NCBI GenBank assembly: GCA_964648765.1
Contig: CAZYLF010000003.1
Location: 41,676 to 105,675, forward strand
Reading direction: 5' to 3'
Length of the DNA stretch: 64,000 nucleotides
Source: an uncultured Candidatus Saccharibacteria bacterium
GTDB taxonomy: Bacteria > Patescibacteriota > Minisyncoccia > Phycocordibacterales > JACOZG01
Shown here: in pieces, positions 8,108 to 16,044 of the stretch
How the letters are laid out: each line of letters opens with the position of its first letter
Numbering within the stretch: position 1 is the stretch's first letter
Position numbers and translations under genes: made by a program
Notes under the pieces: generated by a model
What the model was told of the DNA's origin: nothing
What the model saw: the letters and a program-made list of their open reading frames with translations, nothing else
The model's database searches: none

Positions 8108-9018
8108 TCTTTTTTCTCCTTTCGTTTAGAGATTTTCTTTTCAGAAACTGGCCAATTACTAATTTCTGAATATGGTCCATAGAAACTCGATTTCTCATAA
8201 CTCTTAAGGTACTGAATGCAGACCATTATTACAGCGGGGTACTTGTGCTCAGCAATCATATGGGGAATAACTTCCTGAATATTACCGAGACAAGGTTTAC
8301 CTTCATGATTAACGTGTGGATGGTGATTTCTGCTCCCATATCCATCACTAGCGGAATTTGTTCGATTTATCATCCTCACCCCACCCCGTTCGCCAAGTGT
8401 ATTGATTGTGATCTTGAATTTTCCAATTTCATAATCAACTCGATTGTATCTAATAGTTATCGGTCCTGTGTAGACCAAAATGTTCTTTCCACTAACCTCA
8501 ATCCTCTCAATATCGGGATGCTTAAGTAGACCATTAAATTCATCACCGAATCTTGCGAGCGCGGCATCATCAGTGCCAGAAACAGCTGTAAGCTGTTGCT
8601 GTTTTTCTTCCATTTTACGCAAAAGAGTAACAAGTTGTTCTTGGGATTTTTCAACGGCCGACCGCAGTCTTGATGTCTCGTGCTTGAGAGTACGTAAACG
8701 CTCAGCCTTGCGGTTGTAGCCGCAAAGTTCCATGTATTTGCGCTTCAAGGTGTCATTAGGACTTTTCTTGGACTTCCGTTTGACATCCACATTGCCATTA
8801 TTACTGAATCTGGCCAAATATACGCCCCGGTAGTTCGTCTTAACTTTTGAAATTTGCCGCTCGGTAACACCAAGAATGCCGCAAACTTCACCAAGATCTT
8901 CCATTGGGATCGCCTTGCACACCGTCCCATTAATACTAAGACGGGTGGTTTTGATCCCAGCTAGACTAGCGCCATTTAGACTTTTTTCCGAAAACGCAAT
9001 GAGTGTTTTAGCCTCCAT
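8104..9018 (-). CDS. E2-like (UBC-fold) conjugating enzyme with N-terminal HTH-like domain and central coiled coil
   Basis: The C-terminal half has a beta-rich segment followed by HHPHVNHEGKPCLGNI, which resembles the E2 HPN-x(5-8)-Cys active-site signature. The N-terminus has an HTH-like LGEVCGILGVTERQISK. The middle (RKAERLRTLKHETSRLRSAVEKSQEQL) is a heptad-rich coiled coil. Confidence 0.5.
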   Translation of the reverse strand: MEAKTLIAFSEKSLNGASLAGIKTTRLSINGTVCKAIPMEDLGEVCGILGVTERQISKVKTNYRGVYLARFSNNGNVDVKRKSKKSPNDTLKRKYMELCGYNRKAERLRTLKHETSRLRSAVEKSQEQLVTLLRKMEEKQQQLTAVSGTDDAALARFGDEFNGLLKHPDIERIEVSGKNILVYTGPITIRYNRVDYEIGKFKITINTLGERGGVRMINRTNSASDGYGSRNHHPHVNHEGKPCLGNIQEVIPHMIAEHKYPAVIMVCIQYLKSYEKSSFYGPYSEISNWPVSEKKISKRKEKKE

Positions 9019-9147
9019 TTTACCATCCTTCTCCTTTCTTTTTTGAATTATTGATTGTCAAAAACCTTTAATTTAGAGCTTTTTAGGCCCCAAACCTCTG
9101 TTATGATCCAAGCATAAAAAATTAAATTTGTAAAGAGAGTTTGGAAT

Positions 9148-9801
9148 TCATGATTTTATTATATCAGCCTCAGTTAGTTCAAGTTTAAGTTCTTTAAGAA
9201 AAGTATGTAAGAATTTGGTTCTGCGTTTGGCAATCTTTTTGGCAAGTTTTGTATGCATACGCTTTTCTGCAACCAAAAGTCGTTTGTAAAACAAAGCCAC
9301 GCCAGATGCGGAATTTAATTCCGCGGCCTCATTAAGCGGATTGTCAGGATTGTAAAAACCTCTGTTCATCTGACCGCCAGAAGAAAAGGTTCTGATAATT
9401 GAAATGGCACCGGTGGACTCCAACAAATCAGCATCCTGGAGAACTTTGGACTCCAAAAGTTCTGGCATTATCGCTTTTGAAAATGAGCATTGTTTAATGC
9501 AAGTTACTACATCTTTAATTTTATGCTTTGGGTATTCGCTAATCCCCTCCAAAATTTGTGTGGCCACATCAGCACTCTCATCAGTTTCGTTTTTACTTTG
9601 TGGTGAATCTTTACGGTAAACTACCGTGTCGTGGAAGAGCGCAGCTGGGATAACCACCTCAAGATCCGCACCCACACTCTCACCGATTTTAATCGCCATA
9701 TTTAACACTCGACTTATATGTTCAAAATCGTGAGACGGATCTTCCTTGGTCTGCCTCTCTTTAGCAATCAGTTTTAATTTATCAAAAACTTTTGGGTTCA
9801 T
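9148..9801 (-). CDS. HD-domain metal-dependent phosphohydrolase
   Basis: H...HD signature (HDFEHISRVL ... ALFHDTV) and a later D residue; 217 aa. Confidence 0.65.
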   Translation of the reverse strand: MNPKVFDKLKLIAKERQTKEDPSHDFEHISRVLNMAIKIGESVGADLEVVIPAALFHDTVVYRKDSPQSKNETDESADVATQILEGISEYPKHKIKDVVTCIKQCSFSKAIMPELLESKVLQDADLLESTGAISIIRTFSSGGQMNRGFYNPDNPLNEAAELNSASGVALFYKRLLVAEKRMHTKLAKKIAKRRTKFLHTFLKELKLELTEADIIKS

Positions 9802-9804
9802 AAT

Positions 9805-10317
9805 TCATTTAGCGTTTAGTGCTTTTAAACCGGCGATGTCGGGCTGGTCTATGTGTTCTCGCCCCACCAACATCTCTTTATTTTTGATAATAAGTTCTTT
9901 GGAAAGGAGCGGAAGTTTGAATCCTAAAAATTCCACTACCTCAATATCAGGGAAACCATTTTTATAAAAATTCACGTACTTATTTGTTTCTTTGTCGAGG
10001 ATATTCATCTCAGCCATCGGGCAGATGTCTATAACTATTCCCCCGACGGTAATTTCCACATTGTAGTTATCATAATTTTGATCTACAAAATGTTCAAGCG
10101 GACTTGTGATTCTCAACTCAACGAGTTTTAAGAATTCCGCAAAGACAGGATCATCTTTTGAAGTCTCGATATCAATATCGATGTCTGTTAGCTTGCGAGG
10201 TACGCCATACACATAACAAGCAAATCCGCCCGTGATGCACCAACGCAAGTTTAATTTATCCAAGATTGGAATAATAAACGAGAGCGCTTCGTGGACCTTT
10301 TGCTGCTGCGGATTCAT
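9805..10317 (-). CDS. Small nucleotidyltransferase-fold protein (Pol-beta superfamily)
   Basis: hG[GS]-x(9-13)-DhDh signature: ITGGFACYVYGVPRKLTDIDIDIETS. 170 aa, sits 3 nt upstream of the HD gene. Confidence 0.45.
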   Translation of the reverse strand: MNPQQQKVHEALSFIIPILDKLNLRWCITGGFACYVYGVPRKLTDIDIDIETSKDDPVFAEFLKLVELRITSPLEHFVDQNYDNYNVEITVGGIVIDICPMAEMNILDKETNKYVNFYKNGFPDIEVVEFLGFKLPLLSKELIIKNKEMLVGREHIDQPDIAGLKALNAK

Positions 10318-10320
10318 TTA

Positions 10321-10391
10321 CTGCCGGCCAGGGACTCGAACCCCAATACCCGCCTCCAAAGGGCGGTGTCCTACCATTAGACGAGCCGGCA
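10321..10391 (-). tRNA. tRNA-Gln (anticodon UUG)
   Basis: Hand-folded cloverleaf with 7-bp acceptor (U1:A72), D-stem GTCT/GGAC and anticodon stem CCGCC/GGCGG. Loop CTTTGGA gives anticodon TTG. T-loop is TTCGAGT and the discriminator is G73. U1:A72 plus G73 are classical Gln identity elements. CCA is not encoded. Confidence 0.8.
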
Positions 10392-10476
10392 AAGACCCTA
10401 ATAATCTACCAATCTATGAGCCGATTGTACAGAGATTGAAATGGCGAGAGTGAAGATGATAGAGTAGAACGATATA

Positions 10477-10989
10477 ATGCAACTAATTCTTAAACTAAAT
10501 CCAGATAATATTACAGATGAAGTTGCGGCGGGTTTGAAGACTAGATTTGCCGCGAGAGGTGTTGTGTTTGATGAAAATAATAATGTGGCAATTTTGCCTG
10601 TAACGGCTCACGGTTATTACAAACTCCCCGGTGGAGGAATTGAGGAGGGTGAAGATAGTGTGGAAGCTTTTCGCAGAGAATGTTTAGAAGAAATTGGTAC
10701 AGATGTGGAGGTGATGAAAGAGTTGGGCTCAATTGTTGAATATAGGGCACAATTTTCCCTAGTCCAAACATCGTATTGTTATTTAGCAAAAGCGATTGGC
10801 GAAAGAAAGAAGGCAACCTTTACACAACACGAATTGGATAATGGTTTTGAAGAAGCAATTTGGGTGCCAATTGATGAAGCTATTGAATTAATGAATAGCC
10901 AGGCAGACAACTATGGCGGAAAGTTTATTGTAGAACGAGATACTTTTCTTTTAAAAAAAGTCGCGCTGGTGATTACCAACGCGGCTTAA
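10477..10989 (+). CDS. NUDIX hydrolase
   Basis: Nudix box GGIEEGEDSVEAFRRECLEEIG (Gx5Ex7REUxEExGU). Confidence 0.8.
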   Translation: MQLILKLNPDNITDEVAAGLKTRFAARGVVFDENNNVAILPVTAHGYYKLPGGGIEEGEDSVEAFRRECLEEIGTDVEVMKELGSIVEYRAQFSLVQTSYCYLAKAIGERKKATFTQHELDNGFEEAIWVPIDEAIELMNSQADNYGGKFIVERDTFLLKKVALVITNAA

Positions 10990-11008
10990 GGGGAACTTCA
11001 CATGCGTT

Positions 11009-11299
11009 CTAATATGTCCCTAGCACCCACTTTTCGTCAGACTTAAATCGTTGAGCGAGATCGTCTCTGAGCTTATACCTCTCACCCTGGAGTATGTCCT
11101 CCTCCATTTGGCAGTAGAGCACTATGCCTTTGTTGTGCTCAAAGTACTGGAACCCTGTGACACGAATTATCTCAGTTGTCTGACCTACATACAAATTTAG
11201 ATTTGCCCCGATTGGTGGCACAAATTCAAGCTCCAACTCACGATCGTAATAAAGACCCTCATCCCCATCCAAATCCACACTCACAATGAACTTCGGCAT
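11009..11299 (-). CDS. Hypothetical protein
   Basis: 96-aa ORF only. Confidence 0.3.
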   Translation of the reverse strand: MPKFIVSVDLDGDEGLYYDRELELEFVPPIGANLNLYVGQTTEIIRVTGFQYFEHNKGIVLYCQMEEDILQGERYKLRDDLAQRFKSDEKWVLGTY

Positions 11300-11440
11300 C
11301 TCGACCTCCTTTCATTAAATTCTACCTTCTCCTAATCTGTATATTACACACCTTTGCACTTATGGCAAGCATGTCCCCGACTTTTGAATCTATCAAAAGG
11401 TTAAAAAGAGTTGTAGAATGCCGTTATAGCGATCACGCCC

Positions 11441-12667
11441 ATGGATACCAAGAAAAATGTCTTTTTATGGACCCTTTACGATTTTGCAAACTCGCTTGTT
11501 TCAATCGTCTTCTTTTTATATTTTGCTCAATGGATCGTGGTAGATAGAGGGCTAGCAGACATCTACTTTAACCTCACTTTTACCGTGGCGGCATTGTTGC
11601 TACTCCTCACCGTGCCAGTTACGGGCTTTTTGCTCGACAAATACTTCAGGCGAATCACGGGCTTAAGATACACCACCTTTGCCACCTCCTTGCTTTATGG
11701 CGCCTGCGCGCTGTCGGCAATTCTTAATAAAGACATCCCGGCATTAATCTTCTTCACCCTTGGACTCTACTCATACCTTTTAACATTCACTTTTTATACA
11801 CCACTTATTAATGACATCTCAAAGCCAGAAAAAATAGGCAAGATCTCAGGCCTAGGAATTGCAGCAAACTACCTGGGGCAATTTACCGGCTTACTCATCG
11901 TTTTGCCATTTTCAAACGGAACGTTTAGTTGGTTTGGTTCGGCAGCTCGCGCCGAGACTTTGCTACCGGCGGTTATCGCCTTTACCATTCTCGCGCTCCC
12001 AATGCTCATATGGTTTAAAGAACCTAAAAAGGAAAAGGTGACCTTCAAATTTAAATCTGAGCTTAAGGGGATGCTAGCAGAAACAAAAAAGCTCTTTTTA
12101 TTCCCCGGCGTGGCGCTCTTTATGTTGGCGTACTTTTTATTTAATGATGCTGTCCTCACAGCGTCCAACAACTTTCCGCTTTTTCTTGAGCAAGTGTGGG
12201 CTGTTTCAGACACGGTAAAAACTTACATTCTCTTAGGAATTATTTTTACCTCCGCAATTGGTGGATTAATTTCTGGAGTTATTGCCGATCGCTTTGGTCA
12301 CAAAAGGACACTCGTATTTATCACAGCCGGGTGGATTTTTATTCTTCCGTTTATTGGATTTATAAATAACTTTACGCTCTTGATTGTTGCCACAACTATT
12401 ATGGGATTGTGGTTTGGTTCCAACTGGGCCGTGTCTCGATCGGTGATGTCGTATCTCGCGCCGCCGCAAGGGCACAATCTTGCCTTTGCCTATTTTGGAT
12501 TAGTGGAGCGGGCGTCGTCTTTTGTGGGGCCGATTGTGTGGGGTCTCGTGGTCACCAGCTTTGTGTCAATTGGCAGTGATAGATATAGATTTGCCACGCT
12601 GGCCGTGACGTTATTTATTGCGCTTGGATTAATTGTATTATTAAAAGTAAAAAGCGACCGCGCCTAA
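11441..12667 (+). CDS. MFS-type transporter (12 predicted TM helices)
   Basis: 408 aa, alternating hydrophobic helices throughout, and a DRFGHKR-like cytoplasmic loop motif. Confidence 0.55.
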   Translation: MDTKKNVFLWTLYDFANSLVSIVFFLYFAQWIVVDRGLADIYFNLTFTVAALLLLLTVPVTGFLLDKYFRRITGLRYTTFATSLLYGACALSAILNKDIPALIFFTLGLYSYLLTFTFYTPLINDISKPEKIGKISGLGIAANYLGQFTGLLIVLPFSNGTFSWFGSAARAETLLPAVIAFTILALPMLIWFKEPKKEKVTFKFKSELKGMLAETKKLFLFPGVALFMLAYFLFNDAVLTASNNFPLFLEQVWAVSDTVKTYILLGIIFTSAIGGLISGVIADRFGHKRTLVFITAGWIFILPFIGFINNFTLLIVATTIMGLWFGSNWAVSRSVMSYLAPPQGHNLAFAYFGLVERASSFVGPIVWGLVVTSFVSIGSDRYRFATLAVTLFIALGLIVLLKVKSDRA

Positions 12668-12703
12668 TATTTAATTTGTTTTTGGTAAGGGTTCCCCTTG
12701 ACA

Positions 12704-12731
12704 TTGACTTCTTATCAAAAGGTGATATAGT
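12704..12731 (+). promoter_or_regulatory. Sigma-70-like promoter TTGACT-N16-TATAGT (extended TG) with ~60-nt leader
   Basis: TTGACATTGACT then 16 nt then gTGaTATAGT, upstream of the 12793 ORF. Confidence 0.4.
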
Positions 12732-12792
12732 GATCGCAGATAGCAAGAGCGAAATGTAAGTAGCTCTATAACAATATCCGAAGGAGTTAGAA

Positions 12793-13050
12793 ATGACACG
12801 AGAGCGATATGAGGAACTGCTTAAAAAACTTGATGAAATCGATGAGGTGGCATGGGACAAAGTAAATAAGGAAAAAGAGTATCCAACCACTGCCGATCAC
12901 CATCTTGTAAGCACAGCCTCTACAATCATCGATGGAGGAGAACGACTAACCAAATTAGCGGCCAAAGTTGGGTCTACTCCAAGCGAGCTTAAGGAGTATC
13001 TCAATATGTTTTTTATCGAACATGTGTGTGACGAGATCGAATCAGAGTAG
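12793..13050 (+). CDS. Hypothetical small acidic protein
   Basis: 85-aa ORF with AGGAG RBS, followed by a terminator. Confidence 0.3.
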   Translation: MTRERYEELLKKLDEIDEVAWDKVNKEKEYPTTADHHLVSTASTIIDGGERLTKLAAKVGSTPSELKEYLNMFFIEHVCDEIESE

Positions 13051-13076
13051 CGTTTCGGATGATCGGCAAAATCTTA

Positions 13077-13107
13077 AGAGACCCACACTCGGGTCTCTTT
13101 TTTTATT
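13077..13107 (+). terminator. Rho-independent terminator
   Basis: AGAGACCC-acactc-GGGTCTCT followed by TTTTTTTAT. Confidence 0.6.
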
Positions 13108-13150
13108 TCTTGCTATAATACCCTCATTAGTAGGTTTTAAATAAAACAAT

Positions 13151-13573
13151 ATGGAAATTAATTATTTGGCGGTGTTGGTGTGTGGGGTGGCGGCTTTGGT
13201 GATTGGATCCATTTGGTATGGACCACTTTTTGGCAAAGCATGGATGAAGATTATGGGCGTGGAAAATATGAGTGAAGAGCAGAAGCAAGTGATGAAGAAA
13301 GGTATGTGGATGATGTACTTGGCCCAATTTATTATCTCGCTCATCACAGCCGGAGTGCTCGCGGTGCACATTGCTTATTGGTCTGATCCTTCTTATTCAG
13401 CTATCGGCATCGCCATCTGCACTTGGTTTGGCTTCATCCTCACCACCGACGCTCAAGCGGCCCTCTGGAGTGGCAAGCCTAAAAATGTGGCTTGGAAGAT
13501 GTTCTTCATCAACGCCGGCGGCCAACTCGTCACCTTCGCCATCTTCGGTTTGATCCTCGGCGCTTGGATGTAG
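13151..13573 (+). CDS. Small membrane protein (DUF1761-like: IWYGPLFGKAW motif)
   Basis: 140 aa, 4 hydrophobic helices. The family assignment is from memory of the motif and is tentative. Confidence 0.4.
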   Translation: MEINYLAVLVCGVAALVIGSIWYGPLFGKAWMKIMGVENMSEEQKQVMKKGMWMMYLAQFIISLITAGVLAVHIAYWSDPSYSAIGIAICTWFGFILTTDAQAALWSGKPKNVAWKMFFINAGGQLVTFAIFGLILGAWM

Positions 13574-13593
13574 ATTTTTAAATTAGTGGTTAT

Positions 13594-14037
13594 ATGTCAG
13601 CTGAAAAGCCAGAAATAAATTACTCCACGCCCGGCGAATCAATTGCTGAGGGCGAAGTGCCACAGCACCGTTTTGACCTAGTGATAGATGGAGAAAAAGT
13701 TGGCGCCGCTGAGTTGGACTATTTCTCACGCCCGCTACCTCTGTATCAAGTCACTGATCTATTTGTAGACTTTGAGCACAAAGGTGAGGGTCATGCTTCG
13801 AAAATTCTCGAGCAAGTTGAGGATTTTCTGAAGCAAAAGAAAAAGCCCGGTATTCTGGTGGACGCCATTATGCCCGGCGACAAGGCAGAGGGCATGTATG
13901 CTCGACGTGGCTGGGTGACCGTGCCAGATTCCCACGGACTCAACGTATTTAACTGGCCAGATGATGTACCACTAAGCGTCTTGGTTGGGTACGAATCAAG
14001 GTACACCGATCTACTCAAGCGAAAAGGAAATTCTTAA
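13594..14037 (+). CDS. Possible GNAT-fold acetyltransferase
   Basis: Weak GNAT-like segments: HKGEGHASKILEQVEDFL, then MYARRGW. Confidence 0.35.
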   Translation: MSAEKPEINYSTPGESIAEGEVPQHRFDLVIDGEKVGAAELDYFSRPLPLYQVTDLFVDFEHKGEGHASKILEQVEDFLKQKKKPGILVDAIMPGDKAEGMYARRGWVTVPDSHGLNVFNWPDDVPLSVLVGYESRYTDLLKRKGNS

Positions 14038-14068
14038 GTTTTAACTAAAGCAAAATAAATTACAAAAT

Positions 14069-14100
14069 TAAAGCCGCGACGGGGACCGTCGCGGCTTGGT
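14069..14100. terminator. Bidirectional terminator hairpin between convergent genes
   Basis: GCCGCGACGG-gga-CCGTCGCGGC flanked by A/T runs. Confidence 0.5.
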
Positions 14101-14108
14101 TGTAATTC

Positions 14109-15122
14109 TTACTGAACGCACAACTTCTCACCTAGTTCCAGAGCCTCGCGGAAATGTGGTCTGAAGTCGATCCACTCCTCGGGTATCCCTTGGATGCCAA
14201 CATTGGCGCCAATCAATCCTCCCACCACTGAGGCATTGGTGTCGGTGTCACCACCGGCATTCACCGCCTCCAAAACCCCAGCTCTAAAGTCTGTGGGATG
14301 TCGGAAGAACGTCCCAATAGCGAAGGCGGCGGTATCGATGGCATGAAAGCCACAACCAACCGCTTTTCGTAAATCTTGAGCTGAGTAAATTGATTGCGAC
14401 AATTTTCTCAACCTCCTCGACACTAGTTCGGTGGTTATGCCCTCATCCTCCTCCACCTGGCTAACTAACCTAATCACCACCGAGAGCATGTTGAGGCGAG
14501 TGGAGAGACTCTTTTGAGTTAACGAAAAGATGGCAGTTAACCGATTAGTCAGTGCCACTGCGTAGGCGGCGACACTGGCTCTAATGTCTGGATGAGTGAG
14601 TGAGCCCAGGGCTTTGACGTCTCGCCATAGCCCTCGATTAAACTCATTGGGGCTAGGATCAAACGGCATCAGCGCGAGCGGCGCCACCTTCATCACCACG
14701 CCATTACCGCAACCTTTACCTGGTTCGGCGGGAGGTAGCGCGTCACGTCCTGGCACTCGCTCACCACGCCCGATAGCCTCAATCGCCAGTTGAGTGGTTT
14801 TACCCCAGCCAAAAGTGCTTTGTCGGAGTTCTCGCACATGCTCTTCAGCACAATCAATGAGATTAAATTGGCCACCACAACGGATCAACGAGTTGGCCAC
14901 CGCTCTGGTAAGTTGCCAATCATCAGTGGCGTCACCCGCCTTAAGTTCCTTGAGCCAATCACGTTTACTGAGTGAATCAACAAAACCACGGATCCCAACT
15001 CCACCGGTAGCGGCCAGAATTTGCTCGTGGGTTAGTGTTTCTACCGACATACCCATGGCGTCACCGAGATTAACCCCCATTAAACAGCCCTGGGCTTTGT
15101 CCACCATAACTTGATTATTCAT
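14109..15122 (-). CDS. ADP-ribosylglycohydrolase (DraG/ARH family)
   Basis: N-terminal GCLMGVNLGDAMGMSVE and C-terminal GGDTDTNASVVGGLIGANVGIQGIPEEW family signatures. GC-rich. Confidence 0.8.
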   Translation of the reverse strand: MNNQVMVDKAQGCLMGVNLGDAMGMSVETLTHEQILAATGGVGIRGFVDSLSKRDWLKELKAGDATDDWQLTRAVANSLIRCGGQFNLIDCAEEHVRELRQSTFGWGKTTQLAIEAIGRGERVPGRDALPPAEPGKGCGNGVVMKVAPLALMPFDPSPNEFNRGLWRDVKALGSLTHPDIRASVAAYAVALTNRLTAIFSLTQKSLSTRLNMLSVVIRLVSQVEEDEGITTELVSRRLRKLSQSIYSAQDLRKAVGCGFHAIDTAAFAIGTFFRHPTDFRAGVLEAVNAGGDTDTNASVVGGLIGANVGIQGIPEEWIDFRPHFREALELGEKLCVQ

Positions 15123-15244
15123 GACTATCCTCCTGTAAAAGTACTCTTTTCTCTCTACCTTTAAACTACATATTTATATAAAAAAGTCAATGAAAAAACG
15201 GCAGTGATCCTTGGATCATCTGCCGTTTGTGTTTGTGGTCTTCA

Positions 15245-15574
15245 CTACGCGAACGCACTGCGGAGCTCCTTAACCAACGTAAGAAGCTCGTAGTGGTTGA
15301 TCAGCCCCAGATCAGCTGCCTCAAACAACCAGTCAATAAATCCAGCAAGATGCTGCTGGTTGTTGCGGTAATCGATCGCCGCCACACCACCCAAAACCGG
15401 AAAGTCGTCGTCGTACGGGAAGATCGCGTGAAGAGCATCGAGCATGTCACCATGGTACTCGTTAACATAACGAGTGTTTGCGCCCAAAATATCGCGCCAA
15501 CTCACCACAACGTCAAACTTCATGTACTCGCGGACAACTTCCGGATGCATACCCCGCATCGAAGTAAGTGTCAT
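15245..15574 (-). CDS. Hypothetical protein (GC-rich, upstream of ADP-ribosylglycohydrolase)
   Basis: 109-aa ORF. An imperfect hairpin follows in the 15123-15244 gap. Confidence 0.3.
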   Translation of the reverse strand: MTLTSMRGMHPEVVREYMKFDVVVSWRDILGANTRYVNEYHGDMLDALHAIFPYDDDFPVLGGVAAIDYRNNQQHLAGFIDWLFEAADLGLINHYELLTLVKELRSAFA

Positions 15575-15704
15575 CTCGATTCTCCTGTCAAAATTCTAAA
15601 AGCTAAACCTAGACCACACGACCTAGTTAGCCCTCAATTTCCAAACCACATTATACACGTTTCCTACTTTCTGTCAAATACACATAAAGTCAAATGTTGA
15701 CGAT

Positions 15705-16043
15705 TTGGTGCGGTATGTGTTTTATGATATATTATTTTTTATGAGAGGATTTGTGGAATTTATTAGAGAGCAGGGAGTGGTGGGCCTCGCGGTAGGCTTT
15801 ATTTTAGGTGGGGCAGTATCCAAACTCGTCACTGCTTTTATCAACGACATTATTAATCCCCTCCTCGGCTTACTCCTCGGTTTAGCTGGCGATCTTAAAA
15901 ATGCCTACTTCGCCATTGGCTCTGCTAAAATTATGTACGGCGACATGATTAGCGTGCTCGTAGACTTCGTGATCATCGCCATCATCGTTTATTGTGGATT
16001 TAAATTTTTACGGTTAGAAAAATTAGATAAGAAAAAAAGTTAA
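15705..16043 (+). CDS. mscL: Large-conductance mechanosensitive channel MscL
   Basis: FIREQGVVGLAVGFILGGA...INDIINPLLGLL. 112 aa. Confidence 0.85.
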   Translation: MVRYVFYDILFFMRGFVEFIREQGVVGLAVGFILGGAVSKLVTAFINDIINPLLGLLLGLAGDLKNAYFAIGSAKIMYGDMISVLVDFVIIAIIVYCGFKFLRLEKLDKKKS

Positions 16044-16044
16044 T

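Noticed and set aside
9805-10317. Small NTase as a CD-NTase (CBASS cyclase) partner of the E1/E2/JAB genes
   Set aside because: 170 aa is far too short for a cGAS/DncV-like enzyme, and the motif is a generic Pol-beta hG[GS]...DhD. It is treated only as a neighbouring gene.
14596-15114. Several 60-106-aa ORFs on both strands inside the ADP-ribosylglycohydrolase gene
   Set aside because: Typical antisense or out-of-frame open frames of a GC-rich gene. The ARH reading frame carries the family motifs.
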